NCBI RefSeq assembly: GCF_988243305.1
Contig: NZ_OZ547136.1
Reading direction: 5' to 3' (one strand)
DNA length: 64,000 nt
The position numbers were made by a program, and so were the translations under genes. The notes under the pieces are model-generated. The model was not told where the DNA came from. It worked only from the letters and a program-made list of their open reading frames with translations, and made no database searches. Below, one piece after another: positions 49,125 through 60,144 of the stretch. Positions within the stretch are counted from its first letter, which is position 1, and every line of letters begins with the position of its first letter.

Positions 49125-49756
49125 GCGTTCGGTAATCACAACGGCATCGCGCCAGGTGTTATCCGCTTTGTGATTCTTATTGGCTCTTCTCAGGTTATTA
49201 AAAGCTGAATATGTTCCTGTTGTCGGGAACCAGGATAATGTCGGGAACGTTAAGCTGTATAACGACAACAAAGAATTCGAAATCAAAAGGGAATGGTGTA
49301 CGGAGGTGTGGACGGTAATGGGCCGATTTTCGGGCATTACCGACCTCTGCTGAGGTTTTCTCGTATTTCTGGGGATCCGGTGAGTTACTGTCACTGTCTG
49401 GCACAGCAAGCGCAGAGGCGGCGGGGCGCTTTGCTCCGCTGATTCCGGATAATTCCTCCCCTGTAACCTACCGCAACAGTACAAATACACTGACGCCTGA
49501 AACGACAGCCAGAATCAGCACAAGCCACAATCCCTGCACACCGTTTTGCGTATCACCATAACGCCTCCTCACAGCCTTACCCGTAACCGGTTTTTTACAT
49601 TAAAAAAACAACGCTGGGAATTCAATCGTCAGTCCGGAGACGACAGTCGGGTTATCACAGAGTGCCTGAGACAGTGTCCTGCCGGAGGTCACCTCAGGGA
49701 CTCTGCACATTTTTTACAGCGTGGCTATTCCGTATGAACCATACGGAGATTTAACC

Positions 49757-50326
49757 ATGACCTACAAATACAACCCCTTCTGGCAGCAACGTATTCGTGA
49801 GACGGTGCGGCACGCACTGAATGTTCATCCCCGCCTGACGGCATTGCGGGTTGACCTGCGTCTCCCGGATGTACCGGCAGCAACGGACGCAGCTGTGATA
49901 TCCCGCTTCATCAATGCCCTGAAAGCCCGAATCGACGCTTACCAGAAACGTAAGCATCGGGAAGGTAAACGCGTGCATCCCACAACCCTGCATTACGTCT
50001 GGGCCCGGGAGTTTGGGGAGTGCAAAGGTAAAAAACACTATCACCTGCTGCTGCTGGTCAACCGGGATACCTGGTGTCGTGCCGGTGATTACCGCGCTCC
50101 GGGGTCACTGGCCGGGATGATTAAACAGGCCTGGTGCAGTGCCCTGGGAGTGGATGCCGGACGTTATGACACGCTGGCACATTTTCCGGTCAGGCCGGCG
50201 GTGTGGCTGGAACGCGATGATGACACCGGCTTTCAGCAGGTGCTGGAGCGTGCTGACTATCTGGCGAAGGAGAGTACCAAAGCTTACGGCACCGGTGAGC
50301 GCAACTTTGGCTGCAGTCGTGGCTGA
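49757..50326 (+). CDS. YagK/YfjJ-family (inovirus Gp2-like) protein
   Basis: ATG 49757 after RBS GGAGAT (MTYKYNPFWQQRIRETVRHALN...); family typical of CP4-like islands. Confidence 0.7.
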   Translation: MTYKYNPFWQQRIRETVRHALNVHPRLTALRVDLRLPDVPAATDAAVISRFINALKARIDAYQKRKHREGKRVHPTTLHYVWAREFGECKGKKHYHLLLLVNRDTWCRAGDYRAPGSLAGMIKQAWCSALGVDAGRYDTLAHFPVRPAVWLERDDDTGFQQVLERADYLAKESTKAYGTGERNFGCSRG

Positions 50327-50491
50327 GCCCGACAGACGACTTATCTGACTTCAGTGTGATGACGTGTTCACAGCGACCACACTGATTTTCCCTTCTGAGA
50401 CTGAACTGAAAACCGCCATTCACACCTGACCACGCTGCCCGTACCGGGACGGCTGTTGCCTGCGTGTCGTCTGGCGGTAAGGAACCACACT

Positions 50492-50911
50492 ATGTACGCA
50501 AAATCTTTTCTCGCACTTGATGGCAACGGACGTCTGACCGGTGCCCGTACCGCACAGACCGCACCTTATGCTTACTACACCTGCCACCTTTGCGGCAGTG
50601 CACTCAGATACCACCCGCAGCACGACACGGAACGTCCCTGGTTTGAACACACTGACGACGGGCTGACGGAGCACGCGCAGCAATGTCCTTATGTCAGGCC
50701 GGAACGCAGAGAAATACGGTTGATTAAACGTCTGCAGCAATTCGTCCCGGATGCCTTACCCGTGGTACGTAAAGCCAGCTGGTACTGCAGGCAATGTCAC
50801 CACGATTATTATGGGGAGCAGTACTGCACACACTGCCAGACCGGGCGCTTCAGTGAGGACGGGGAGCAGAATGAACGGTATAAAAACGGGGCTGGGGATC
50901 ACGCCGGGTGA
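50492..50911 (+). CDS. Cys/His-rich zinc-ribbon protein, first half of a tandem pair (second half 50871..51179 in another frame)
   Basis: ATG 50492 after RBS AAGGAA; CHLCGSALRYH...WFEHTD repeated as CLSCHGRLIL...WFEHDL in the downstream frame; C-terminus runs into the IS66 end. Confidence 0.55.
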   Translation: MYAKSFLALDGNGRLTGARTAQTAPYAYYTCHLCGSALRYHPQHDTERPWFEHTDDGLTEHAQQCPYVRPERREIRLIKRLQQFVPDALPVVRKASWYCRQCHHDYYGEQYCTHCQTGRFSEDGEQNERYKNGAGDHAG

Positions 50912-51094
50912 GCACATTATCAGTGCCGACTCTGCGCTCAGCAGAAATATCCGGCATTGTTTCTGCCTTTCCTGTCATGGCCGGTTGATTCTGCAGACAG
51001 ATGCTCAGGGGGCGTGGTTTGAGCACGATTTACATGCCCTGAGTGAGCAACAGAAGGGTAAGCGTGCAGCAAGAACCGTATTGACGGGGATGTG

Positions 51095-52633
51095 TTATTC
51101 AGTCGGCAGTGCTACGCGCCAGGGGAGCAGTTCGCCGACCCGGTTTATCGGCCAGTCGGCTATGACGTCAAGGACATAGCGGAGGTAGCTTTCTGGCTCC
51201 ACTCCGTTCAGTTTGCACGTCCCGATCAGGCTGTACAGCAGCGCTCCCCGCTCTCCTCCATGATCCGAACCGAAGAACAGGTAGTTTTTGCGGCCCAGAC
51301 TGACCATCCGCAACGCATTTTCAGCGATGTTATTGTCCGCCTCAGCCCAGCCATCATCTGCATAGTACGTCAGCGCCGGCCACTGGTTCAGGGCGTATGC
51401 GAACGCTTTCGCCAGTTCTGAGTGTCGCGACAGGGTTTTCATCTTTTCACGCAGCCAGCTTTCCAGGGATTTCAGCAGCGGTTTCGTTTTCAACTGACGT
51501 TCGGCAAGGCGCTGTTCCGCCGTCATTCCCCTTATCTCTGCCTCGATGGCGTACAGTTCGCCGATCCGTTTCAGCGCTTCCTCCGTCAGGGCTGACGGGG
51601 TGCGAACGTGCACATCGTGGATTTTACGGCGGGCGTGAGCCCAACAGGCGGCTTCCGTTATCCGGCCATCCCGGTACAGCTCGTTGAACCCGGCGTATGC
51701 ATCCGCCTGCAGTACACCACTGAACCCCGCAAGATGGGTCTGCGGATGGATGCCTTTTCTGTCCGGGCTGTAAGCGAACCACACCGCCGGCGCCAGCGTT
51801 GACCCGGCGTTACGGTCGTCACGAACATACGCCCACAACCGCTCGGTCTTCGTTTTCTTATTGCCTGGCAACAGCACCGGGACAGGCGTGTCATCAACAT
51901 GGAGCTTACCGTCAGTCAGCACATAGCCATGAAGCGCCTCTTCCAGCGGAGACAGCTGCCGGCAGCATGCATCCACCCAGCCCGACAGCAGTGAACGGCT
52001 CAGCTCCACACCTTGCCGGCCGTATATTTCTGACTGGCGATACAGCGGGGTGTGCTCTGCATACTTCGAGGTCAGCACGCGGGCCAGCAGCCCCGGTCCG
52101 GCGATACCCCGCTCGATGGGCCGCGAAGGTGCAGGTGCCTGCACGATGGCATCGCACTGAGTACAGGCATGTTTTTCCCGTACCGTCCGGATAACCCGGA
52201 AGGCGCTACGCATCAACTCCAGCTGTTCGGCGATATCCTCGCCCAGATAGCTCAGTGAACCGCCGCAGTTCGGGCAGCACGGCGCCGCAGGCAACAGTCG
52301 CTTTTCGTCACGGGGTAGTGATTCAGGGAACGGCTTACGGGTGCGGGTCTGACGCAACGGACGCTGTACTGCCGGGTCATACACCCTACCAGTCAGCGTA
52401 TCGCTCTCTTTCTGAAGCCGGTTCAGATCGGCTTCCATTTGTGCGATACGGCGGGAGACTTTTTCGGAACGACTGCCGAAGTTCATCCGGCGGAGTTTAT
52501 CCAGCTGCGCCTGCAGATGGTCTATTTCGCGCTCCCGGTTGCTCAGCTTTTCCTGCAGGGCGTGGATCAGCGCTTCCTGTTCGGCCAGGCGCTGTTTCAG
52601 CAGGAAAATGTCGTCAGAAGAGATGTCGTTCAT
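51095..52633 (-). CDS. IS66-family transposase TnpC (full length)
   Basis: About 512 aa from [14 protein letters not shown]... (ORF extends to 52669); CxxC zinc motifs and DDE region. Confidence 0.85.
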   Translation of the reverse strand: MNDISSDDIFLLKQRLAEQEALIHALQEKLSNREREIDHLQAQLDKLRRMNFGSRSEKVSRRIAQMEADLNRLQKESDTLTGRVYDPAVQRPLRQTRTRKPFPESLPRDEKRLLPAAPCCPNCGGSLSYLGEDIAEQLELMRSAFRVIRTVREKHACTQCDAIVQAPAPSRPIERGIAGPGLLARVLTSKYAEHTPLYRQSEIYGRQGVELSRSLLSGWVDACCRQLSPLEEALHGYVLTDGKLHVDDTPVPVLLPGNKKTKTERLWAYVRDDRNAGSTLAPAVWFAYSPDRKGIHPQTHLAGFSGVLQADAYAGFNELYRDGRITEAACWAHARRKIHDVHVRTPSALTEEALKRIGELYAIEAEIRGMTAEQRLAERQLKTKPLLKSLESWLREKMKTLSRHSELAKAFAYALNQWPALTYYADDGWAEADNNIAENALRMVSLGRKNYLFFGSDHGGERGALLYSLIGTCKLNGVEPESYLRYVLDVIADWPINRVGELLPWRVALPTE

Positions 52634-53730
52634 ACATCGTGTATTTTTCGCCGGGCATGGACCCAGCACGCAACTTCTGTCTGTGCACCACCTTCACGTT
52701 TGGCACTGAACAGCCGATCGTAACCGCTGAATGCATCCGCCTGCAGGATACCCCGGAAGGGACGAAGGTGTTGTACCGGATGTTTTCCCTGCCTGTCTGG
52801 TGAGTAGGCGAACCAGACCGCCGGTGGCTCTGATGAGCCCGCATTCCGGTCATCCCGGACATACGTCCAGATGCGTCCTGTTTTTGCCTTTTTTCTGCCC
52901 GGTGTCAGCACTTTTACCGGTGTGTCGTCAGTGTGAACCTTGCGGGTGTTCATCACGTAACGGTACAGGGCATCATTCAGCGGAGTCATTAACTGGCAGC
53001 ACGCGTCAACCCAGTTGGAGATTAATGCACGGCTCAGTTCGGCACCCTGTCGGGCAAAGATTTCACTCTGACGATACAGTGGCAGGTGTTCGCAGTATTT
53101 TCCCGTTAACACGCGGGCAAGTAATCCGGAGCCCGCGATGCCGCGCGCTATCGGGCGGGACGGCGCTGGCGCTTCAACTATACAGTCACATTTTGTACAG
53201 GCTTTTTTTACCCGAACAGTGCGGATCACTTTCAGGGCGCTACTCACCAGTTCCAGCTGCTCAGCACTGACTTCACCCAGATAATCCAGCTCACTGCCAC
53301 ACTCCGGGCAACAACTTTCTTCAGGCTCCAGGCGGTGTATTTCACGGGGAAGATGTGCTGGTAACGGACGACGATGACGTGACTGTCGCAACTGGCGGGG
53401 AACCTGCGGGTCATCCTCACGCCCACTGTAACGATCGCTTTCCTGTTCGCGTTGTTTCAGTTGGGCCTCAGCCTGTTCAACCTCACGCTGCAGTTTTTCA
53501 GAACGGGTACCGAACAGCATCCGGCGCAGTTTTTCTATCTGGGCCCTCAGATATTCTATTTCCCGCTCCTCCTCTTCGATCTTTTCTTCGGCACGTGCCA
53601 GTGCAGAGCGCAGGAAGGCCTCCGTCTCTTCAACCAGACTCAGTTGCAGATCTCTCTGACGGAGGGCTTCAGCCTGCTCAGAGAGCAGCCTTTCCAGCTC
53701 AGTGATACGAATGAGGTATTTCCGACTCAT
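52630..53730 (-). CDS. IS66-family transposase TnpC, C-terminally truncated copy
   Basis: 366 aa [19 protein letters not shown]... ending at the conserved ARRKIHDV motif. Confidence 0.8.
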   Translation of the reverse strand: MSRKYLIRITELERLLSEQAEALRQRDLQLSLVEETEAFLRSALARAEEKIEEEEREIEYLRAQIEKLRRMLFGTRSEKLQREVEQAEAQLKQREQESDRYSGREDDPQVPRQLRQSRHRRPLPAHLPREIHRLEPEESCCPECGSELDYLGEVSAEQLELVSSALKVIRTVRVKKACTKCDCIVEAPAPSRPIARGIAGSGLLARVLTGKYCEHLPLYRQSEIFARQGAELSRALISNWVDACCQLMTPLNDALYRYVMNTRKVHTDDTPVKVLTPGRKKAKTGRIWTYVRDDRNAGSSEPPAVWFAYSPDRQGKHPVQHLRPFRGILQADAFSGYDRLFSAKREGGAQTEVACWVHARRKIHDV

Positions 53731-53760
53731 GACCGTTTTTATAATCCGGCCATGACATTT

Positions 53761-54111
53761 TTACAACATTGTCAGTGCGTTAAGACGGGATGTTTTTGGC
53801 TGACGCCAGTCCAGCTTATCGAGGAGCATTGCCAGCTGCGAGCGGGTAATGGATACCTTACCGTCACGCACCGCAGGCCAGATAAACAGGCCTTCCTCCA
53901 GGCGTTTGGTGAACAGGCACAGACCATCAGCATCAGCCCAGAGGATTTTAATCATGTCACTCCGTCGGCCACGGAAGATGAACAGGTGACCGGAGAAGGG
54001 GTTCTCATCCAGCACATGTTGTACCTGTTCCCCCAGACCGTTGAAGGATTTACGCATATCAGTAACGCCGGCAACCAGCGAGATTCGAGTGTCTGATGGG
54101 AGCGAGATCAT
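53761..54111 (-). CDS. IS66 accessory protein TnpB (Orf2)
   Basis: 116 aa MISLPSDTRISLVAGVTDMRKSFNGL... Confidence 0.85.
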   Translation of the reverse strand: MISLPSDTRISLVAGVTDMRKSFNGLGEQVQHVLDENPFSGHLFIFRGRRSDMIKILWADADGLCLFTKRLEEGLFIWPAVRDGKVSITRSQLAMLLDKLDWRQPKTSRLNALTML

Positions 54112-54533
54112 CGCCCCCTCCCGGTCAGTTCACGGATCAACACCGTGAGCAGCTCTGGTGAAGGATTTTCCAGCGTCATGTTACCGTGGCGGAACTCAAC
54201 TTTACAGGAACTGGCACTGACTGTGCTTTGTGAAGGAGTGGATAAAAGCGGAGTAAGAGCCGCCATAGGCTCTTTCTGCTCATCAGGCGTTATCTCAACA
54301 GGTAATAATTCAACGCCAGCGTCAGAAGAGGTTGTTACCGGAAGACGCCGCGATATACGCCCTTCGTTCTGCCAGAGCCTGAGCCATTTGAACAGGAGGT
54401 TATCATTGATATCGTGTTCCCTGGCAATACGGGCAACAGAGGCTCCTGGTTGCAAAGCCAGTTTAACCATTTGAAGTTTAAACTCATTTGAAAATGTTCT
54501 GCGGGGTTCTGCGGATAATATTTTCTGTTCCAT
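54108..54533 (-). CDS. IS66 accessory protein TnpA (Orf1)
   Basis: 141 aa; HTH region; 4-nt overlap with tnpB. Confidence 0.85.
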   Translation of the reverse strand: MEQKILSAEPRRTFSNEFKLQMVKLALQPGASVARIAREHDINDNLLFKWLRLWQNEGRISRRLPVTTSSDAGVELLPVEITPDEQKEPMAALTPLLSTPSQSTVSASSCKVEFRHGNMTLENPSPELLTVLIRELTGRGR

Positions 54534-55194
54534 AACAGGTGTCCACTAGTTGATGAAAAGGTGGGCACCTACGTTACCAATACTGGCTTAATGGCTACAT
54601 ACGGCGGTCAGTTTACGCTTACCATGTATCTGGCGAGTGAAGCTTTATGTCGTGTTCTGGCGTGTCCTGTGTTAGTTAGAACACGCCATCGATGGTCAGC
54701 AGGTTCATATTGCACCAGAGCGGATACAGCGTGGTGTTATGTCAGGGCTGCGCTGTTTACGTGAACACGTGGCGTATGGCCCCGCTTCCTGGCCGCTGCT
54801 GGGCATGGATCACGGCGCGACAAAGGGGCGACTACCTGGCAGCATGTGTCCAGCCGGTTCACAATCTGGTGAAGGTTCCTTACGCTCATGGGCCATACTG
54901 ATAATTCACCAGGCCATCATTTCCAGAGGAAGACGCCGTTTGCGTAGCGTGACAGTGTCGGACTCTTCAGGGCTGTGGGTAATCAGTTCCGGGGCAAGAT
55001 AGTCGCAGAGGGTTACGCAGAGAATAGTAACTGGACACTGGATCGATCAACCGATCCTTAACTGAGCGGCATGACAGCTTTCTGATGGTTTTTTTTTGAT
55101 AATCTTCACATTGTGCTTCTTTTCTGTTGGATAATCTTTGTACTTGATGGTGTACTAGGTATCCCATTATGCAGTTAAGTGAAGGTGATTAAAA

Positions 55195-56112
55195 ATGCAA
55201 TGTGAATTTAAAGGGGTCATATCAGCATTACCCACTCCTTATGACCAATCCCAGCAAACCGATATGGAGAGTCTTCGAAAACTGATCCGTTTTAATATCG
55301 AACAAAATATTAAGGGATTGTATGTTGGAGGCTCTACTGGAGAAGCATTTCTTCAGAATGTTGCAGAGCGAGAAAAAATTCTTGAAACAGTAGCCGATGA
55401 ATCAGATGGAAGACTGACACTTATAGCGCATGTGGGCGGAATCAGTACGGCAGAAAGCGAGGTACTTGCAAAAGCTGCAAAAAAATACGGATATCATGCT
55501 ATATCTGCTGTTACTCCATTTTATTATCCTTTTTCATTTGAAGAGCATTGTATCCATTACAGGAAGATTATTGATTCTGCAGATGGACTTCCGATGGTAG
55601 TTTATAATATACCGGCTCTTAGCGGAGTGCGTTTTTCTTTAGATCAGATAAATGAGCTTGTCACAATACCCAGGGTTTGTGCATTAAAACAGACATCCGG
55701 TGATTTATTCCAGATGGAACAAATCAAAAGGAATCATCCAGAGCTTGTGTTATATAATGGTTACGATGAAATATTTGCATCAGGGTTAATTGCAGGTGCA
55801 GATGGGGGAATCGGTAGTACATATAATATAATGGGGTGGCGTTATCTTGAAATATTTGAAGCAGTCAAAAACAATGATGTGATTAAGGCGAAGGAAATGC
55901 AAGTAGCCTGTAACCAGGTTATTGACACTCTTATTCAGAGTGGTGTCCTGGCAGGTATAAAAACTCTTCTTTACTATATGGGGATTATAAATACTCCTGT
56001 ATGCAGAAGTCCTTTTTCTCCGGTAAAGGAAAAGAATCTGGATGTATTATCAAAACTTGCAGAGCGACTGTTCGAAGAACATGACAGAAACAAAAAAATG
56101 AAAATAATCTGA
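55195..56112 (+). CDS. N-acetylneuraminate lyase paralogue (NanA-like, DHDPS family)
   Basis: 305 aa; GGSTGE and Schiff-base Lys region (ALKQTSGDL) resemble NanA. Confidence 0.8.
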   Translation: MQCEFKGVISALPTPYDQSQQTDMESLRKLIRFNIEQNIKGLYVGGSTGEAFLQNVAEREKILETVADESDGRLTLIAHVGGISTAESEVLAKAAKKYGYHAISAVTPFYYPFSFEEHCIHYRKIIDSADGLPMVVYNIPALSGVRFSLDQINELVTIPRVCALKQTSGDLFQMEQIKRNHPELVLYNGYDEIFASGLIAGADGGIGSTYNIMGWRYLEIFEAVKNNDVIKAKEMQVACNQVIDTLIQSGVLAGIKTLLYYMGIINTPVCRSPFSPVKEKNLDVLSKLAERLFEEHDRNKKMKII

Positions 56113-56145
56113 ATAATTGCAAGATTGTTATATAGGTGAAAATGA

Positions 56146-57021
56146 ATGATAACACTGGCTGTTGATATAGGAGGAACGAAAATTTCAGCGGCGTTGATAT
56201 CTGATGACGGTTCATTTTTGCTGAAAAAACAGATATCAACACCTCATGAAAGATGTCCTGACGAAATGACAGGGGCTTTACGTCTACTGGTTTCTGAAAT
56301 GAAGGGAACAGCGGAGCGATTTGCAGTAGCATCAACAGGGATTATTAATAATGGAGTATTGACAGCTCTGAATCCAGACAATCTTGGAGGGCTGAAAGAG
56401 TATCCTCTGAAAAATATAATGGAAGATATAACTGGTTTAAATGGAAGTGTGATAAATGATGCCCAGGCAGCCGCATGGGCAGAATATACAGTTTTGCCGA
56501 AAGAAATTTGTGATATGGTTTTTATAACCGTTTCTACGGGGGTTGGAGGGGGAATTGTAGTTAACAGAAAATTATTAACAGGTGTTTCTGGATTAGCCGG
56601 ACATGTTGGGCATATATTGTCCGGAGTAACGGATACAGAATGTGGATGTGGTCGTCGGGGATGCGTTGAAGCGGTTTCATCTGGTCGGGCCATCATGGGG
56701 GCAGCAAAAAATAAACTTGCAGGATATAGCACCAAATATATTTTTGAATTAGCGAGACAGGGATATAAGGAAGCAGAATTTTTGACAGAGCGTTCTGCCA
56801 GTACTATTGCTGAATTAATAGTAAGTTTAAAATTACTGCTTGATTGTCAGGTTGTTGTTGTCGGAGGAAGTGTTGGACTTGCTGATGGGTATGTTCAGAA
56901 AGTGTCGAAACATCTTTCCATATATTCTGAAATTTGTAATGTAATGCTGTTTCCGGCATATTTCAGAAGTGACTCTGGTCTTATTGGTGCAACTCTTTGG
57001 GACCGGGATTGTATTACTTAA
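56146..57021 (+). CDS. ROK-family sugar kinase (NanK-like)
   Basis: 291 aa; N-terminal DIGGTK and ROK zinc motif CGCGRRGC. Confidence 0.8.
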   Translation: MITLAVDIGGTKISAALISDDGSFLLKKQISTPHERCPDEMTGALRLLVSEMKGTAERFAVASTGIINNGVLTALNPDNLGGLKEYPLKNIMEDITGLNGSVINDAQAAAWAEYTVLPKEICDMVFITVSTGVGGGIVVNRKLLTGVSGLAGHVGHILSGVTDTECGCGRRGCVEAVSSGRAIMGAAKNKLAGYSTKYIFELARQGYKEAEFLTERSASTIAELIVSLKLLLDCQVVVVGGSVGLADGYVQKVSKHLSIYSEICNVMLFPAYFRSDSGLIGATLWDRDCIT

Positions 57022-57069
57022 AGTAATACTCCAGTGTATTATAAATCCGCTATTATTGTGAGGTTTAAT

Positions 57070-58536
57070 ATGGACTCCTGTATTCAGAAAAAGCAGGTTT
57101 GGTATAAGCATCTTTCACCCAGACAGTGGAAGATATTCGGTGCGGCATGGACAGGTTATTTACTTGATGGTTTTGATTTCGTTCTGATATCTCTGGTTCT
57201 TACAGAGGTTCAGCATGAATTCGGCTTGACGACAATAGAAGCGGCAAGCCTTATTTCCGCTGCTTTTATTTCTCGATGGTTTGGGGGGCTTGCTATTGGC
57301 GCTTTATCGGACAAGATGGGGCGCAGGATGGCAATGGTTTTAAGTATAGTGCTATTCTCTCTCGGAACCCTTGCCTGTGGTCTGGCTCCTGGATATGCAG
57401 TGATGTTTATTGCTCGCATTGTTATTGGGCTTGGTATGGCAGGTGAATATGGCTCAAGTGTAACATATGTTATCGAAAGCTGGCCTGTTCATCTCAGAAA
57501 CAAGGCAAGTGGTTTTTTAATTTCTGGATTTTCTATTGGGGGAGGTTTAGCTGCACAGGTTTATAGCATTGTAGTACCACTATGGGGCTGGCGTTCTCTT
57601 TTCTTTGTCGGCATGCTTCCAATATTATTTGCTTTTTATCTTCGCAAGAATCTTCCGGAGTCTGATGACTGGCAAAAAAGGCAACAAGAGAATAAACCCG
57701 TCAGAACAATGGTGGATATTCTGTACAGAGAAAAGAATAAATACATAAATATTCTTCTGTCTTGTATTGCATTTGCATGTCTATATGTTTGTTTTTCAGG
57801 CGTCACTGCAAACGCTGCTTTAATCACAGTTATGGCATTGTGCTGTGCGGCTGTTTTTATCAGTTTTATATATCAGGGTATGGGGAAAAGATGGCCAACA
57901 GGCATTATGTTGATGCTTGTGGTTATGTTCTGTTTCCTCTACGGATGGCCACTGCAGGCTTTTCTTCCTACATGGCTTAAGGTTGATATGCAGTATTCAC
58001 CAGAAACTGTTGCTCTCATATTTATGCTGGCAGGTTTTGGCTCTGCAGCTGGAAGTTGTATAGGTGGTTTTATGGGGGACTGGCTTGGAACCCGAAAAGC
58101 ATATGTTATATCACTTCTTATCGGTCAGCTTGTTATTATCCCCGTTTTTCTTGTGGACCGGGACTATGTATGGTTACTTGGCCTTCTAATCTTTACTCAG
58201 CAGGTTTTTGGTCAGGGGATTGGTGCTCTGGTGCCGAAAATAATCAGTGGTTATTTTAATGTGGAGCAGCGTGCGGCAGGACTGGGGTTTATTTATAATG
58301 TAGGTTCACTTGGTGGAGCATGTGCGCCTATTCTTGGTGCAGTTGTTGCGTCTCATACAAGTCTTGGTACAGCAATGTGTTCTCTTGCTTTTATCTTAAC
58401 ATTTGTTGTTCTTGTCCTTATTGGTTTTGATATGCCATCACGTGTACAGAGATGGATCCATCCAGAAGCTGCGCTTGAATATGATACTGTCGATGGAAAA
58501 CCTTTTTATGGAGCAAGAAAAAAGAATGTTGCATAA
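57070..58536 (+). CDS. MFS sialic-acid-type transporter (NanT-like)
   Basis: ATG 57070 ([37 protein letters not shown]...); about 12 TM helices. Confidence 0.8.
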   Translation: MDSCIQKKQVWYKHLSPRQWKIFGAAWTGYLLDGFDFVLISLVLTEVQHEFGLTTIEAASLISAAFISRWFGGLAIGALSDKMGRRMAMVLSIVLFSLGTLACGLAPGYAVMFIARIVIGLGMAGEYGSSVTYVIESWPVHLRNKASGFLISGFSIGGGLAAQVYSIVVPLWGWRSLFFVGMLPILFAFYLRKNLPESDDWQKRQQENKPVRTMVDILYREKNKYINILLSCIAFACLYVCFSGVTANAALITVMALCCAAVFISFIYQGMGKRWPTGIMLMLVVMFCFLYGWPLQAFLPTWLKVDMQYSPETVALIFMLAGFGSAAGSCIGGFMGDWLGTRKAYVISLLIGQLVIIPVFLVDRDYVWLLGLLIFTQQVFGQGIGALVPKIISGYFNVEQRAAGLGFIYNVGSLGGACAPILGAVVASHTSLGTAMCSLAFILTFVVLVLIGFDMPSRVQRWIHPEAALEYDTVDGKPFYGARKKNVA

Positions 58537-58566
58537 GAATAACGGATGCTATCAGGGAATAAAAAA

Positions 58567-59376
58567 ATGATTCATTACAGGGAGAATATATATTCTCTTG
58601 ATAATTATGAGCGTTATATAACTGACAGTTCGCTATTTGAGAATACTGGCGATGGCATAATATATACAGGTATTGTGCCCCTTATTACAGTTGTTGAGCC
58701 TGTTGTATCTAATCAACATAGTGTGCTGATTATACCTGGAGGTGGATACAGGAGGATTGTTTATGAAAGAGAGGGACTTGATGTTGGCAGATGGATAGCA
58801 GGTCAGGGATATACGGCATTTATTCTTTCTTACAGAATGCCCTCCGTTAATGGTTATTATTCCTTTGCAGATGCGAAGAATGCCCTGAACTTTATTTCTT
58901 ACTGGGCCGGAATGTCGGAGAGAACATTTAAGAGTGTTGGATGTATGGGGTTTTCGGCAGGTGGTCATCTTGCTGGATATATTACTCATCTCCATTATGA
59001 GGAAGAGACTTCTGTGCGTCCTGACTGGATGGCTCTGATATATCCAGTTATATCTCTTGACAGGAGTATTGCTCATCAGGGATGCCGGAAACGTCTTCTG
59101 GATGCAGGTGAAAGTGAATATTCAGCCAGTCTTGAAAATAGTGTTACAGAGTATATGCCACCAGTCTTTATTGTGCATGCAACAGATGATAAGGATGTTC
59201 CAGTTATTCATTCTCTGAGATATTTTAACTCTATTCGGGATAAGGGACATCATGCAGAAGCTCATTTTTTTGATAAGGGAGGTCATGGATTTGGTGTATC
59301 CGGAAAAAATGGATATCCGATAGAAAAATGGCAAAGCCTGCTTCTGGAATGGCTTGCGGAACATAAGTTTTATTGA
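58567..59376 (+). CDS. Alpha/beta-hydrolase esterase (copy 1)
   Basis: RBS AGGGA upstream of ATG 58567; IIPGGGY and nucleophile GFSAGGH motifs. Confidence 0.75.
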   Translation: MIHYRENIYSLDNYERYITDSSLFENTGDGIIYTGIVPLITVVEPVVSNQHSVLIIPGGGYRRIVYEREGLDVGRWIAGQGYTAFILSYRMPSVNGYYSFADAKNALNFISYWAGMSERTFKSVGCMGFSAGGHLAGYITHLHYEEETSVRPDWMALIYPVISLDRSIAHQGCRKRLLDAGESEYSASLENSVTEYMPPVFIVHATDDKDVPVIHSLRYFNSIRDKGHHAEAHFFDKGGHGFGVSGKNGYPIEKWQSLLLEWLAEHKFY

Positions 59377-59421
59377 GAAATCAAATTACAAGTGATAAAT
59401 ATATTTAATGATGAGGCATTT

Positions 59422-60132
59422 ATGAAAAAATATTATCCACTATTAACTGTAATTCTTCTTGGTTTACCTTTGTGCTCTCAGGCATTAACTCTTAATCTAC
59501 GTGGGGGATACAGAAGCGCCAGTCACGCTTATGAAACGTTGATTCAGGTTAGTCAGGGGTGGAATAATGGTTGGTGGGCAAGTTTTGAGTCAAACACCTG
59601 GAATACAATTCACAACAATGAAAATGAATTGTTTGCACTCAATTATAATAAAATAGATATAAATAAAACATATAAAATAGATGACAAATGGGCTCTAATC
59701 CCAGGGATTCAGACACAATGGATGTCAGCAGGAAGTCAGTATAACCCTTATCTGAAAATTTCGTATCAGGCAACGCCAGATCTTAATCTGGCCTTACGCT
59801 ATCGCTATGACTGGAAAGCTTTCCGACAGACGGATTTAGATGGCAACAGGGCGCGTAATGATCAGCATCAGTTTGATGGTTATGTGACATACAAAATTAA
59901 TGATTCATGGTTGTTTGCATGGCAGACCACGGTATATACGAAGGTTAATAATTTCAAATATGGGAATCATAAAAAAACAGCAACTGAAAATGCATTTGTT
60001 CTGCAATATAAAATGTCACCGGTGTTCACCCCATATATAGAATATGATTACTTGGATAAACAAGGGGTGTATAAGGGGAAAGATAATAAACATGAAAATA
60101 GTTACCGTGTCGGTGTTCTGATTAATTTTTAA
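59422..60132 (+). CDS. KdgM/NanC-family outer-membrane channel
   Basis: ATG 59422 (MKKYYPLLTVILLGLPLCSQA...); signal peptide; C-terminal beta-strand ending in F. Confidence 0.8.
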   Translation: MKKYYPLLTVILLGLPLCSQALTLNLRGGYRSASHAYETLIQVSQGWNNGWWASFESNTWNTIHNNENELFALNYNKIDINKTYKIDDKWALIPGIQTQWMSAGSQYNPYLKISYQATPDLNLALRYRYDWKAFRQTDLDGNRARNDQHQFDGYVTYKINDSWLFAWQTTVYTKVNNFKYGNHKKTATENAFVLQYKMSPVFTPYIEYDYLDKQGVYKGKDNKHENSYRVGVLINF

Positions 60133-60144
60133 AAGGTGATTACA

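Larger units (their letters stand above)
51059..54621 (-). mobile_element. Rearranged IS66-family region (tnpA, tnpB, truncated tnpC, then a second full-length tnpC)
   Basis: GTAAGCG-type terminal sequences near 51059 and 54615; four IS66-family ORFs. Confidence 0.8.

Noticed and set aside
50751-51179. Second zinc-ribbon ORF as an independent gene
   Set aside because: It repeats the motif pattern of the upstream ORF and overlaps it out of frame, so it is better explained as a frameshifted continuation; kept as a finding rather than a separate CDS.
52630-52669. N-terminal extension of the second IS66 tnpC ([12 protein letters not shown]...)
   Set aside because: This segment is the out-of-frame overlap with the end of the truncated tnpC; the conserved start is more likely MNDISSDD at 52633.
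54561-55194. Short ORFs between the IS66 end and the nanA-like gene
   Set aside because: No recognisable domains; the region is more likely the IS66 flank plus the promoter of the sugar locus.
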